Positions 24,588-36,500 of a DNA stretch of 64,000 bases are shown here, piece by piece. The notes under the pieces were generated by a model, which did not search any database, had not been told where the DNA came from, and saw only the letters and a list, made by a program, of their open reading frames with translations. The position numbers and the translations under genes were made by a program. The DNA is from Eledone cirrhosa (lineage: Eukaryota): contig OZ024741.1 in NCBI GenBank assembly GCA_964016885.1, forward strand, positions 56,172,001 through 56,236,000. The letters run 5' to 3'. Position 1 is the first letter of the stretch; every line of letters begins with the position of its first letter.

Positions 24588-27500
24588 GTATGTGGTTGAC
24601 AGCTGAGAGAAAAGAGTACTGAATACTGAAGTAGATTTTAATATTCATTTTATTAAGGCTAAACAGTAAGTCTTGCCACTCTGGAGGTTCGCCTGTTTAT
24701 CACAGGATTATCAGACAAGAACTCTGATGATCCTGTGATAAACAGGCGAAACTCTAGAGTAATAAGACTCACTATTTAGCCTCAATAAAATGAATATATA
24801 TATTTATAGATTATATTAAAGTTCATACACTTAACATCTATGCACAACCTTAGGTTTCAGGATACAGTTATGGCCACCACTGTGTAGTGGAGCAGAAGTT
24901 CTAAAACTAGCCTCTCTCATCAGGCGCAAGAAATAAAAAAAAAACAAAAAAAACTTTACTTTACAATTAATGTTAATAGTTAGACTGGGGGCTTTCTTTC
25001 TTGTGTCAACAGCATGATCACCTTACAGAGTGAACTGAGAGCTTTTTTTTCACATTACCAACACCATATATGTGGTCTGAGCCTCAATCAGGTAAAGGTA
25101 AAAACTAAAAGAAGAATTATAACCCCATGTTTACTTACCTTGCCATTGTGTCCTCTTATATACAACCTCCTGGCAGCAGTGTTGTGTTTTTTTACTATCT
25201 CAACCCTTGGCATGAATCGAGCAATTCTTACATAGTAGTGTCCAGACTGAAAGAGAAAGAAGACAAACAGATTAAATAAACATACACTCACACCTCTCAC
25301 CATATAATTTACCACCCTGGATTAATATCTTATTTACCAATCTGAACAAAAGAAAAGGGTAGTTGACCAAGTGACATAGTAGTGTTCAAGTCTGAAGTGG
25401 ACCTAGCAGTATTTGAATTCAGATCGGAGAAATCTAGAACAAATACTGACAACTAATTTGTTTATTAATCTGTTTACAACTTTTAGAATTCCCATTTAAT
25501 TATCTATTTGTTTGTTCACATATCAGCTGTCTGTTCATCTGTTAATCTATCAGCTGTCAGTTCATCTGTTAATCTATCAGCTGTCAGTTCATCTGTTAAT
25601 TTAACATATACAGCTGTCTGTTCACAGGCTCATCAGACTGTCCCTGAATTCATCTACCTGTGTTGATCTAGCTACCTACCAATTTATGTGTCTCCACAAA
25701 TCCATTTACTTGTCTATCAATCCCTTCTTCTCATCCATGTACATACCTATCCCTCTGTGTACTCATAAGTTAATCTATCTTTCAGTCTGCCACTGTCTCC
25801 ATCTATTGACTTGTTTAAACAGCTGCAACTCTCATTTAAAGCCAACAATTTTCCTCCTTACCTTGGGAAGCAGAAACTCGCCGGGCAGTTCAACTTCAAC
25901 GTTATTGATTGAGAAATTACTAAGGAAACGGCACTTTTCTTCTATAAGGAAAGATCTGGAACAAACGTAATATATATACATTACCAGATTATATATATAT
26001 ATATACACATACATACATACATACATACATAAATAAATATACATAGTGAAGTCAACTTCTGTCCGAGTACAGCCACTTTTTAGAAGGGAAAAAAATAGAT
26101 ATTGGCAAAAACGTGTTATTGATGTTGCTATCATTGATTTCACCTTAGATGGCTCATCAAACCAGGAGATGACATACATAACATACCACACAGTGTGTAT
26201 ATATATATATATGCCGTCCAAACCATGCAAGGTTGGAAGATTGAGGTTAAACGATTATGATGATATATATAGTTAATATAGTTACAATATTTCAACGGTT
26301 CAATTTGCGAACAATAAAAATATCAAGATGGCAGTAGGATATGCTTAATTCTTCTAAATATTATAATAATAATAATGAAAATATTATGTACAGTGCTCAG
26401 CTGCACTACAACTCATCAAAAGTGTATGTATAGTACATAGAGTAATGTACAAACGTCAGGGAGTCATGATATACATATATGTGCATGTGTATGGAAGGGG
26501 GACATCAGGTGTAGTTTTGGCGTATTTTGGGAAGCATGAGTGTTTTAAAGGATGCAGTGTCTCGGCAGCTAACAACTGACGCAGGCAGTTTGTTCCATGC
26601 TTCAGCAACTCTAAGCATGAAAAAATGTTTCCGAAAGTCATGGGAGCTGTGCTGTTTTCTGACTTTGTAGGCATGTCCACGTGTGTTAGACACATGGAGA
26701 TCAAAAAGGTGCTCAGGGTTGTTGTTGGCGAGATGGTTAATAACTTTGTGGATGTTTACCAAGTCCATTGCCAGACGTCGGAGCTTCAATGAATCCATGC
26801 CCAGGGAAGCAAGGCGTTCAGAGTATGGTAGGTGTCTGATGGAGGGTATGCGCTTGGTTACACGTCTCTGAACAGTTTCCAGGAGGTCAATGTTCTGAGC
26901 AAGATAGGGGTTCCAGACTGATGATGCGAATTCCAAGTGTGGTTGTACCATAGCTGTATACAGCTTGAAATAGATGGCTGGAGAGCGGCTAACAAAGGTC
27001 TTGCTGAGTGATGCCAAGACACCCTCGGCCTTCTTGACAATCTTAGAGACGTGCTTTGTCCAACGCAAATCGCTGCTGACAGTAATGCCCAGGTCACGTT
27101 CACAAGAGGACTTCTTGATATCAGTGTTGTGGAGGGAGTATGTGGACACTGGATTTTTCCTCCCAAAATGCATGGTGGCACACTTGTCCACAGCCAGCTT
27201 CAGTTGCCAGTCTGTGATCCATTGCTGCATTGTGTCCAGGTCTGATTGTAGGAAAGAGTTATAGATTTCCAGTTTTGTTTAGTGAAGGAAAGAAAATATT
27301 TAAAGAGGTTATGAATAATCTGGAATTTTTTTTACTATTAACTCTAGAGGCTGAGGGGAGAGATGAAGTAGTTTGCTTATAAAATAGGTAGGTAGATAGA
27401 GAGAGAATAGAAATATGAAAAAATTGGTAGATATATAAATAAACGCAGAGATTGACAGACAAATACAAAACTAGAATATCTACTTACTTAGGGAGTGTGC

Positions 27501-30500
27501 GTGTTTTGGCCTCAAGTATTTTGATCCATTTCTTCATCTTATTAATGAGGTTGTGTAGCTTTGTTGAACCAGGCACACTAGAAAAAAAGAAGTCAAATTG
27601 ACAATTATAGATAGAGACAACAGGGGGTATACCACCTCCCCTCTTATTTGAACCATTTTCACCAGTACTGAATTTCACTGAACACTGACCTGTCCATCTG
27701 TCACTGATTCTGTGGATGGACAGTTGTTGAACCACATTGACCAACATCAATAGACAGATGGAAAGACACACACACAGGTAACAACTGACACATGCACACA
27801 CATACACATACACAGGCAACTACAGACGACAACTACTGACACACACACATACAGACAGGCAACTACTGACACACACACAGGCAACTGGTGACATACACAC
27901 ACACAGACAGGCAACTACTAACATGCACACAGGTAACTACTGACATACACACACAGGTAACAACCGATACACACACACATACAGAGACAACCACTGACAT
28001 ACACACACACACACACACTGTAACACTGCCTCAAGTAGACAGTCACATGCAATGATTATGCCACAAATACATGGACTGAGTTTCAATTACAATTTTACTG
28101 GCTGGGTGGCTGACTGACCTGAAGTCGAAATCTGTAGAAAATTGACTTTTAACTTTCTGGAAAACAGGGTCTCTTGCAGTTGCCTGGGCTCTTTTAGCCA
28201 GCGACTCCGATGCAGCACTGGAGAATGTCTGGACAGCGTTGGAGACATTTTCAATGCCGACACCAAAAGTGCTCACCAACTTCTTCACAAAGTTCAGCGT
28301 GTGCGGGGTTATTGTGGTCTCAGCAACTGTAGTTAGAGACAAAAACAAAAGAAAATACAGGAAATTGAAAGAGTGTAGACCCATCGAGACAAAAGCATCA
28401 ATGATTCAATATAATAGTATGCATGGGTAGATCACTTAAGCCCTCTAAGGCTATCTGTAGGTGTATATATATATATATATATATGTAAATAATGCTTTTT
28501 ATAAAATCTAATGTAGGTTACCTCCCTTAGCTCTTATTTCCTTTCTTTCATTCTCTCACTATTATGACTTGGTGAATTAGCAGTATCGGTAGAGTGTCGG
28601 ACGCCATGCTTTGCAGCATAGTTACGTCCCTTTACGGTCTGAGTTCAAATCCCGTCGAGGTTAACTTTGCCTTTCATCCTTACGGGGTCGATAAAATAAA
28701 GTACCAGTAATGCACTGAGATAATTGCTGGCCTTGTGCCAAAAGTAGAAACAACTATTATGACTTTATTAACAAATCCTCACTTTCTCTGAGAGAGAGAG
28801 AAAGAGAAAGAGAGAGAGAGAGAGAGAGAATTTATTAAAATTTACACCAACATTACATTAACTATGTTGTTCAGACCCACATTAATACAAAATTGGTTGC
28901 TAATTTCCTAACATATATTTAAGATTCAAATGGCCAGTTATTCATCCATCTTTAGTCTTGTTTAGTTATGTAGGGAAGAGCAGTGCTTCTAAGAGTGATG
29001 GGAGAGAGGGCAGAAATAGAGTCTCTCCAAATTGGAGACATGCTCCAAATGCTAAAAGCAATCAAAGGTCATGTAATGGAGGTGGCAGTGTTAAACTAGG
29101 CAATGGATTAATCCACCACCCAAATAGACTAGTGGAATTTGAACATAGAACACAAAGCCAAATCAGATACTGCAATGCATCTCATCTAACACTAACAATT
29201 CTGCCAATCCACCACCCTGCACTGGTATTTTAGTATATCAATACAGAAAGATTGAGAGGCAAAGTTGACCTTGATGGGATCTGAACTTAGTAGTGTGCAG
29301 AGAGCTAGAGAGGTTGAAATGTATTTGACACAACTGAAGAGTCCTCTCAATCCCTTGGTGAGTTTTCTAAGGCTGGATACCGTTTTTGCAACAAACCATT
29401 TTATAAAACAATTCAACAACAAGGAACAATAGTTCTGAAACACTTACCAGCCCCTCTGTTTTCAAAAGCAACAGCATTACATTTAGCCAAACCTTGGTGT
29501 AACTGCCGTAAGACTTCTTCATACCAATTTTCACGAAACCAGACCATCTATTGAAATAGGAAATCAGAGGTTAGTAACAACAATATACACAGCTTAGAGA
29601 CATATACACATATACATTCATAGACATCTATACATACATATGCACACAGAAGCACGCACATCATCATTTTTTTTCATCACATTTCATTTTACGTCCACTT
29701 TTTCCCTGCTTGCAAGGGTGGGACGGGAACTGATTCTGGCTTGATTTCTACAGCTGGATGCCCTTCCTAACACCAACCTCATTTACAGTGAGTGATGGGT
29801 GCTTTTTTGCCGTGGCAGCTCCATGACCACTTTGCAGTGGAATGATAGGGACTCCAGTCCCTATCATCTCATTTCTACAGCACATATACATACATATCCA
29901 TAGGCTCATATACAGACATCTGTATGCATACACAGAAGCATCCACATGCATTCACATGCCTGGAAAAAGCATACATATACACAAACACAAATGTGTGTAT
30001 GTGTTCGCATATGAAGCATCCATATGCACACACATACACATTAGTCAAAAATAGGACTATACACACACATACATAAAACAAAGAAATAGGGTTCACATAC
30101 ACAGACAGACAGAGAAGACATAGAGAGGCTATAGAAGAATTTAGGGTCCTTACTTGGTCAACAATTCCCTCCAGTGATGAAAGGATCGTCGGATGGATTT
30201 CTCTCTGCATATGCATTATTTTGCTGCAGCGCCACATGGAGGCAGTGGCACGGATCGGACCACTCTCCCCTTGCTGGCCTGTAGCTGCTGTTGCAGTTGC
30301 CGTTACTGCCGCTGCTGCTGCTGGCTGTGCTTGCTGCTGTGCTTGGGCCAACTGTTGTCCAGCGGGAGAAACACTGGCTTGCTGTTGGCCGGATGATGAA
30401 ATAAAATCTAAAGGAAAAATTTTTTTTATTTAAATGAATTGAAAATAATAATAATAATAATTGTTTCTACTTCTGGCACAAAGCCAGCAATTACCCAGTA

Positions 30501-33500
30501 CATTACTGGTACTTTATTTTATCGACCCCGTAAGGATGAAAGGCAAAGTTAACCTTGGAGGGATTTTGAACGCAGTCCATAAAGGAATGTAACTATGCTG
30601 GAAAGCATGGCGTCCAACCCTCTACCGATACTGCCAATCCACCAATAATAATAATGGTTTCTTATATAGGCACAAGACCAACAATTTTGGGGAGGAGAGA
30701 GTCAATTAAATTGACCCGAATGTGCTAGAGGTACTTTGTTTTATCGACCCCGTAAGGATGAAAGGCAAAGTTAACCTTGGCAAGATTTGAACTCAGAACA
30801 TAAAGGGCTGTAACTACATGCTACAAAGCCTGTTTGTTGATGCTGTACTGATACTGTCAATCTATAATAATAATAAAATAATTATGATTTATTCAAAACA
30901 GAGCAGTGACCTTGACCTTTACAGAGCATCTGGGACATAGTGGGTGGTAGTGGGGATCTTTACAGGGCTGCTGAAATAGAGAGTGATGGCTGGGTTTATG
31001 AGCTACTCTATATAACAAGTGTCTGAAGGCCAATTTCCATACTAAAGCAAGGGTTAACCTTGTAGGCCTCCATGACAAACTTCATGTCAAGGGATCCTTT
31101 TAGGGACAATGTTTTACAGCTGGATGCCCTCCCTTTTAGTCGCCTCTTACAACATGCAAGGATATGGTATACCTATTCTAAACTGGGAACACACAACAGT
31201 TATGGGGTATTGTATGTCAGAGAATGGGTGGTATTACAGGTACTGTATGAGAGAATGGGGGGTGGGATTATAGGATACTGTATGTCAGAGAGAATGTGGG
31301 GTGATAATAGGGTCCTGTACTAACTGAAAATAAATCTGTTTATATTAGAAGAATACCATCAGACTACACAGACACACATACAGACTCATGCAGACACATA
31401 CATACACACACAAAATCAGTTTTTACATTGAAAGGAACATGTAAAGATTAATATCTCCATGAATGTTGTTCTTACCTGAATCTGGAGTGGCTGGCGTCCG
31501 AGGGGTGTTTGGACTGGTCACTTGAGACAGAGGAGTGGACGCTGCTGAATTTGTACCTCCAGCAGCAGTGTTTGCAACACTAGGCGTCATGGTAACCAAA
31601 GGACTGCTACTACTGCTGCGACTGGCTGTAGTAGCAGTAGCGGCCTCGTTAGTTTTGTCTGTTGGTAAAAAGAAAGATAGTGAAAGAGGTAAAATAAGAG
31701 GTCAGTTTTATAGGAAGAAAATAGCACATACATATCGTCATCAACTAATTCCCTGCTAATAAGAGTTGGATAGGTTGTCATAAAGTCTGTACCTAATTGG
31801 AGCTACAAACTTCTCAGATGGGCTGGGGAGTCACATCTTGCTTCCATAAGTTCCAGCACTCTATAGAATGCGCTAGGTGCAATTTATCGTGGCATTAGCA
31901 CTAGAGAGGTTGTCATAATTTTCACACAGGTAAAGAGTCTTCTAAACCCTTTGTTTGGCATATTTTCTATGGTTGGGTACGCTTTTATTACCAATCACTT
32001 TACAGTGTAAGTTTTATATCACCAAAACTAGATTGGTTGTCATGCTCTTGATACAACTCATATCAACTATAACAAACACCCTCTCTGTCACACACACAAA
32101 CACAGTACATACGTAAAATTAATTAAAATAGACAGCCACACACACACTCACTCACTCTTTCACTCACACAAGCATCATATCAGACATGAGATTATCAAAA
32201 GTGTTTACACAGGAGAAAGATACATTCTCCTGTTTTAACCATGTCTTTCTCTGTCCAGTCAGCTCACACAGAATAGCCATACTCCAGTGTGTGTTGGACA
32301 CCAATCATAACCACAACATTCAACCTAATAACCATAAGAGCTATGAGACAACAATGGAACCCCTACATGGTTGCTCAGCCTGCTACAAATAGCTGCCAAA
32401 TTTTCCTCAAACCACACCCTAGCATTTAAAAAAAAAAGATGTCTGCTTAATCAAGGTTGTTGTTGTTGGACCCCTGTTGGTTCTGATGGTGAGCGTTCAA
32501 ACAACCAAACAGCCTGTCTGTGAAATTAACATGCAAGTGGCTGAGCACTCCAGAGTAATAAGTTCCCATAATATAGTTTTTAGGGAGATTCAGTGTGACA
32601 TAAGTGTGATAAGGTTGGTCTTTACAAATACAACTCATTTTTACCAGTTGAGTAGACTGGAACAATGTGGATAAACTTACAACCATTAAGCCACAGGCTA
32701 CCACAATGAAGGTACCAAATAACAAAAACCACCACAACAAGGTTGGTGATGTCAGCAAAATGAAAACTTACATCTCTCCCGCTGTTCAATCTTCAGAGTG
32801 AGATAGAGGGTTCTAATGGGAAAATAGACAGCTTGAGGGTACATCCTGCCCACCTGGGTTAATAAATTTAAGATCAAGCGGCCTTCACTCCTTACCAAAC
32901 ATGTCAGCAATTGGGGAATCCTGAAACGAGAATAAGGTTAAGTGCTTGAGCATACTTAGTGCTGTGTGTGACAGTGAGTTGGCAGAGAAAATTAGAGTAG
33001 AGGGCAAAATGCCTTGTGATATTTAACAATGATTATAGTGAGGAATTTAGTGTGCAAGTGGGAGTCAATCAGGGGTCTGTTCCTAGCCCTCTCTTGTTTA
33101 TTATCATCCAGCAAGCTATAACGGAAGAGTTTAAGACTGGTTGCTCATGGGAATTCTGATATGCCTATGATCTAACCCTCATAGCCAAATCTATCGCAGA
33201 ATTAGAGAAGAAATTCCTGACCTGGAAGCACAGCTTGGAATCAAAAGGTCTTAGCAAAGACTAAAGTCCTAGTAACTAGAAAGGAAAAAAGAGCCTTGAT
33301 TCCTTCACGATAATAGCCTTGCTCAGTGTGCAGAAAACAAGTGGATAGAAATTCCGTCCTATGTCCCAAATGTAAACTGTGGGTACACAAGAAATGTAAC
33401 AGGATCTTAGGCAAGCTAGCAAAGACCATAGATTCCACAAAGTTCCCCTTCTGTTTTTGAATCAAGCCACCTTGTATTTTTCAATTTGGTTCAGGTGATA

Positions 33501-36500
33501 GCTTTTGGCATGCCTCTGTTTATTTACTGTGCCGCAAGCATGTCTCATTCTGCAAAAGTTCCTCAAATAGTTTTACAGATGAAAAAGTAATTATCACAAT
33601 ACATGTGATGGTTTTGTCCCCATATATTTCTTGTGAGATCTTTAACTCTTTCTCCAAGACCTTGTTCGGGCTGATTTGAAACATTCCCAGTGTAAACTTG
33701 GAAGTCGTTCACATAAACATTATGAGGATCTCCCTGCATCCACACTTTTTTCCCATGTTTAGGTAGCTTCAATGGGATGTGTTGTTTGAAGGCCTGTCAT
33801 CCAGTGAAGGCAATCATAGCCTCATCAATGGATGTGGGTTATACTATGACTTCAGATTTTGGCATGTCTGTTCAATAAAAGACCATACATGGGCAAGTCT
33901 TTCATGACTAGCATGGCTATGGGCTGGATTCTGGGTGACATCAGAAATATGAAAATATTAAGTTAGTTTATCTAACCTGTCTCTGTTAAATCTCCGATCC
34001 CTGTAGACTGGAACAAATTGTCTTTCAAGAAATACTTGTTTTGATTTACTACAGAAACAAGCCCCATCATTATTTGAAAGGTAATATAGGCCCTCATTTC
34101 AGCCCAGTTCTGTTCTGTTATATCACTTTGAATTGGGTCTTTTCCACTCAGCATATTTGTTGGTTTTATTTACCATCAAATTTTAAAGAAAAAAAATCTA
34201 TTTCTCTTTTTGTCAGAATCAAAGATATTTACTGGTCTGGGATTTCCTTTGAATATGCTAACATTAACTTGAGAACCAATCACTGCATTCTAATATCAGT
34301 TCGTCATCACGCTCTTTAGCTCAGTTCCCATGCAAATTCATCATTGATACACCATCAGAGTCAGAGATTAAATCAATATCTGATAAATTCTCTTCATTTT
34401 CCAAATATATTTTGTAGTTATTTTCTTCTCCAACTACATCAATTTTTGTAAAGCCTTTAAAAATATAATCACTTTCACTATGTTTTTTTTTTTTAATGTT
34501 TCTTCTAAAAACAATGTGGTTCTGTCACTCAAATGTAACATATCTAACTACCATGTTGTTAAAATTATTCATAAAACACTCCTTGATTGGTTCAAACTAA
34601 GCATAGCTTCCTTATTCAACCAATCATTTTACTTCAGAAATGAACACATATCAAAGCCTGGGTACAGGTAGTATTCGACTGCTGTAGTAAAACATAACAT
34701 CTACAAGCAGGATTTGACTTTGAATGAATTTTAATATCACAACTATAGTTGAGACCAAGGAAGAAAGAGTTAATATCATGAACAAACCATTAGGTACCTT
34801 TAGCAGGTTTCCAGTTTGAGGATAACTTTGAGGATACCTTCCCCATTCCCACCAACCAGTCTTAGGGGCCTTAAAAAGTTATATAAAGCAAATAAAAAAA
34901 CAAAAAAAAAACAACAAAACATGCAATGAAATATTCTATACATTACTTACCACGGCAACCACTGCACTGCAGGAACACCATTCGAATATTTATCCACTGC
35001 CTCGGTCAGTGTTGCTTTTTCATCATCATATGTGAGAAGCCAGAGGACTTTGGCAAGATACTTGCGAGATCGGCTTTCATTCTGGTGTCGACAGGCGTGT
35101 AGGTAACATGTTATAGCATAAACACCTTGTTGAATTTGTCTAGAGAAAGATTGGAGAGAAAGAGAACAAATGGAATAATATATTTGCACCCACACATATA
35201 CGTGTCTCTCTCTCTATTTATATATCATAAGAATAGAGGAGGAAGAACTATGATATATGGTAGATGCCTTTAGCCAAAGCAAAGCGTGCTCAATGCTTAA
35301 AGATACGAGATTAAATATTATAGTGGTGTTAATATTTAAGGAGAGTTATGTGCAGAAGATAAGCAGAGTGGGTATATGCAGAAATATATGGTGAAGAAAG
35401 CAAGACATTTAATAACATTTTGTTATTAAATGTCTTGCTTTCTCCACCATATATTTCTGCATGCATATATATATCATCATCATCATCATCATCGTTTAAC
35501 GTCCATATTCCACGCTTGCATGGGTTTGGACGGGATTTTTCCCACTTGAGGCAAGAGTGGTTGTCTTGCTCGCATAGGACTGTCTGGCGGGTTTTCTACG
35601 GCTGGATGCCCTTTCTAACACCAACCACGTTTACAGTGTGGACTGGGAGGTTTTTACCGTGTTACCTACACGGCCACATTACAGCGTGGACTGTGTTTTT
35701 TTTGTCGTGACACCTACACGACCTCATTTGTTTCGGGCTGGATGTTGTGGTACCAACATAACTTTACATTGAAAGGGGTGGTGTGGATGGGGTGAGGGTA
35801 GTGGGACGGGGGTGTATTTTGTTAGAGGTGCCTACTGACTGTAGTAGGTTTCACTTTGCACTTAGGTAAGGCGGGTCTTCTCTATTACTATGTAGCGCCA
35901 AAGATCTCGGTCCAGTGACATTGTCTTGGAGAGGTGTAAGTGTGTGAGGTCGGAATTTATCAAGTCGTCCCAGGTTTTTCTGGGTCTGTCTACTCCGTGA
36001 CTACCGTCTATTTTTATTGCCCTGCACTTTTTTATACAGCTGTCGTCTTTGATGCGCATCACGTGACCATACCAACGTAGTCTTCTCTCGAGTAAACAAC
36101 ATCTGATCCCTCTTATTCCTAATTTCTCCCTTAGTTCGTTTATGCTTTGCCGTTCACGTATATTACTATTACACATCCAGCAGAGCATGCAAGCTTCGTT
36201 TCTCTCCAGTCTGCGTATATCCTCTGCACACAATGCCCAGGTCTCATTGCCGTGTAACATTGCTGTTCGTATGCAGGCATCATACAGCCTGCCTTTCATT
36301 TTTAGAGAGAACCCTTTAGCGGCCAATAGTGGTATAAGCACTCTGAACTTTTTCCATCCCGTTCTGACTCTAGCTACTGTACTTTCAGAGCACCCTCCCC
36401 ACTGCTGATTTTGTCACCCAGGTAACGGAAGCTCTCCACTATTTCTATAGAACCATCTGTGCAATGGAATGAGTTAATATTCTGTGGGCACTTGCTGCTA

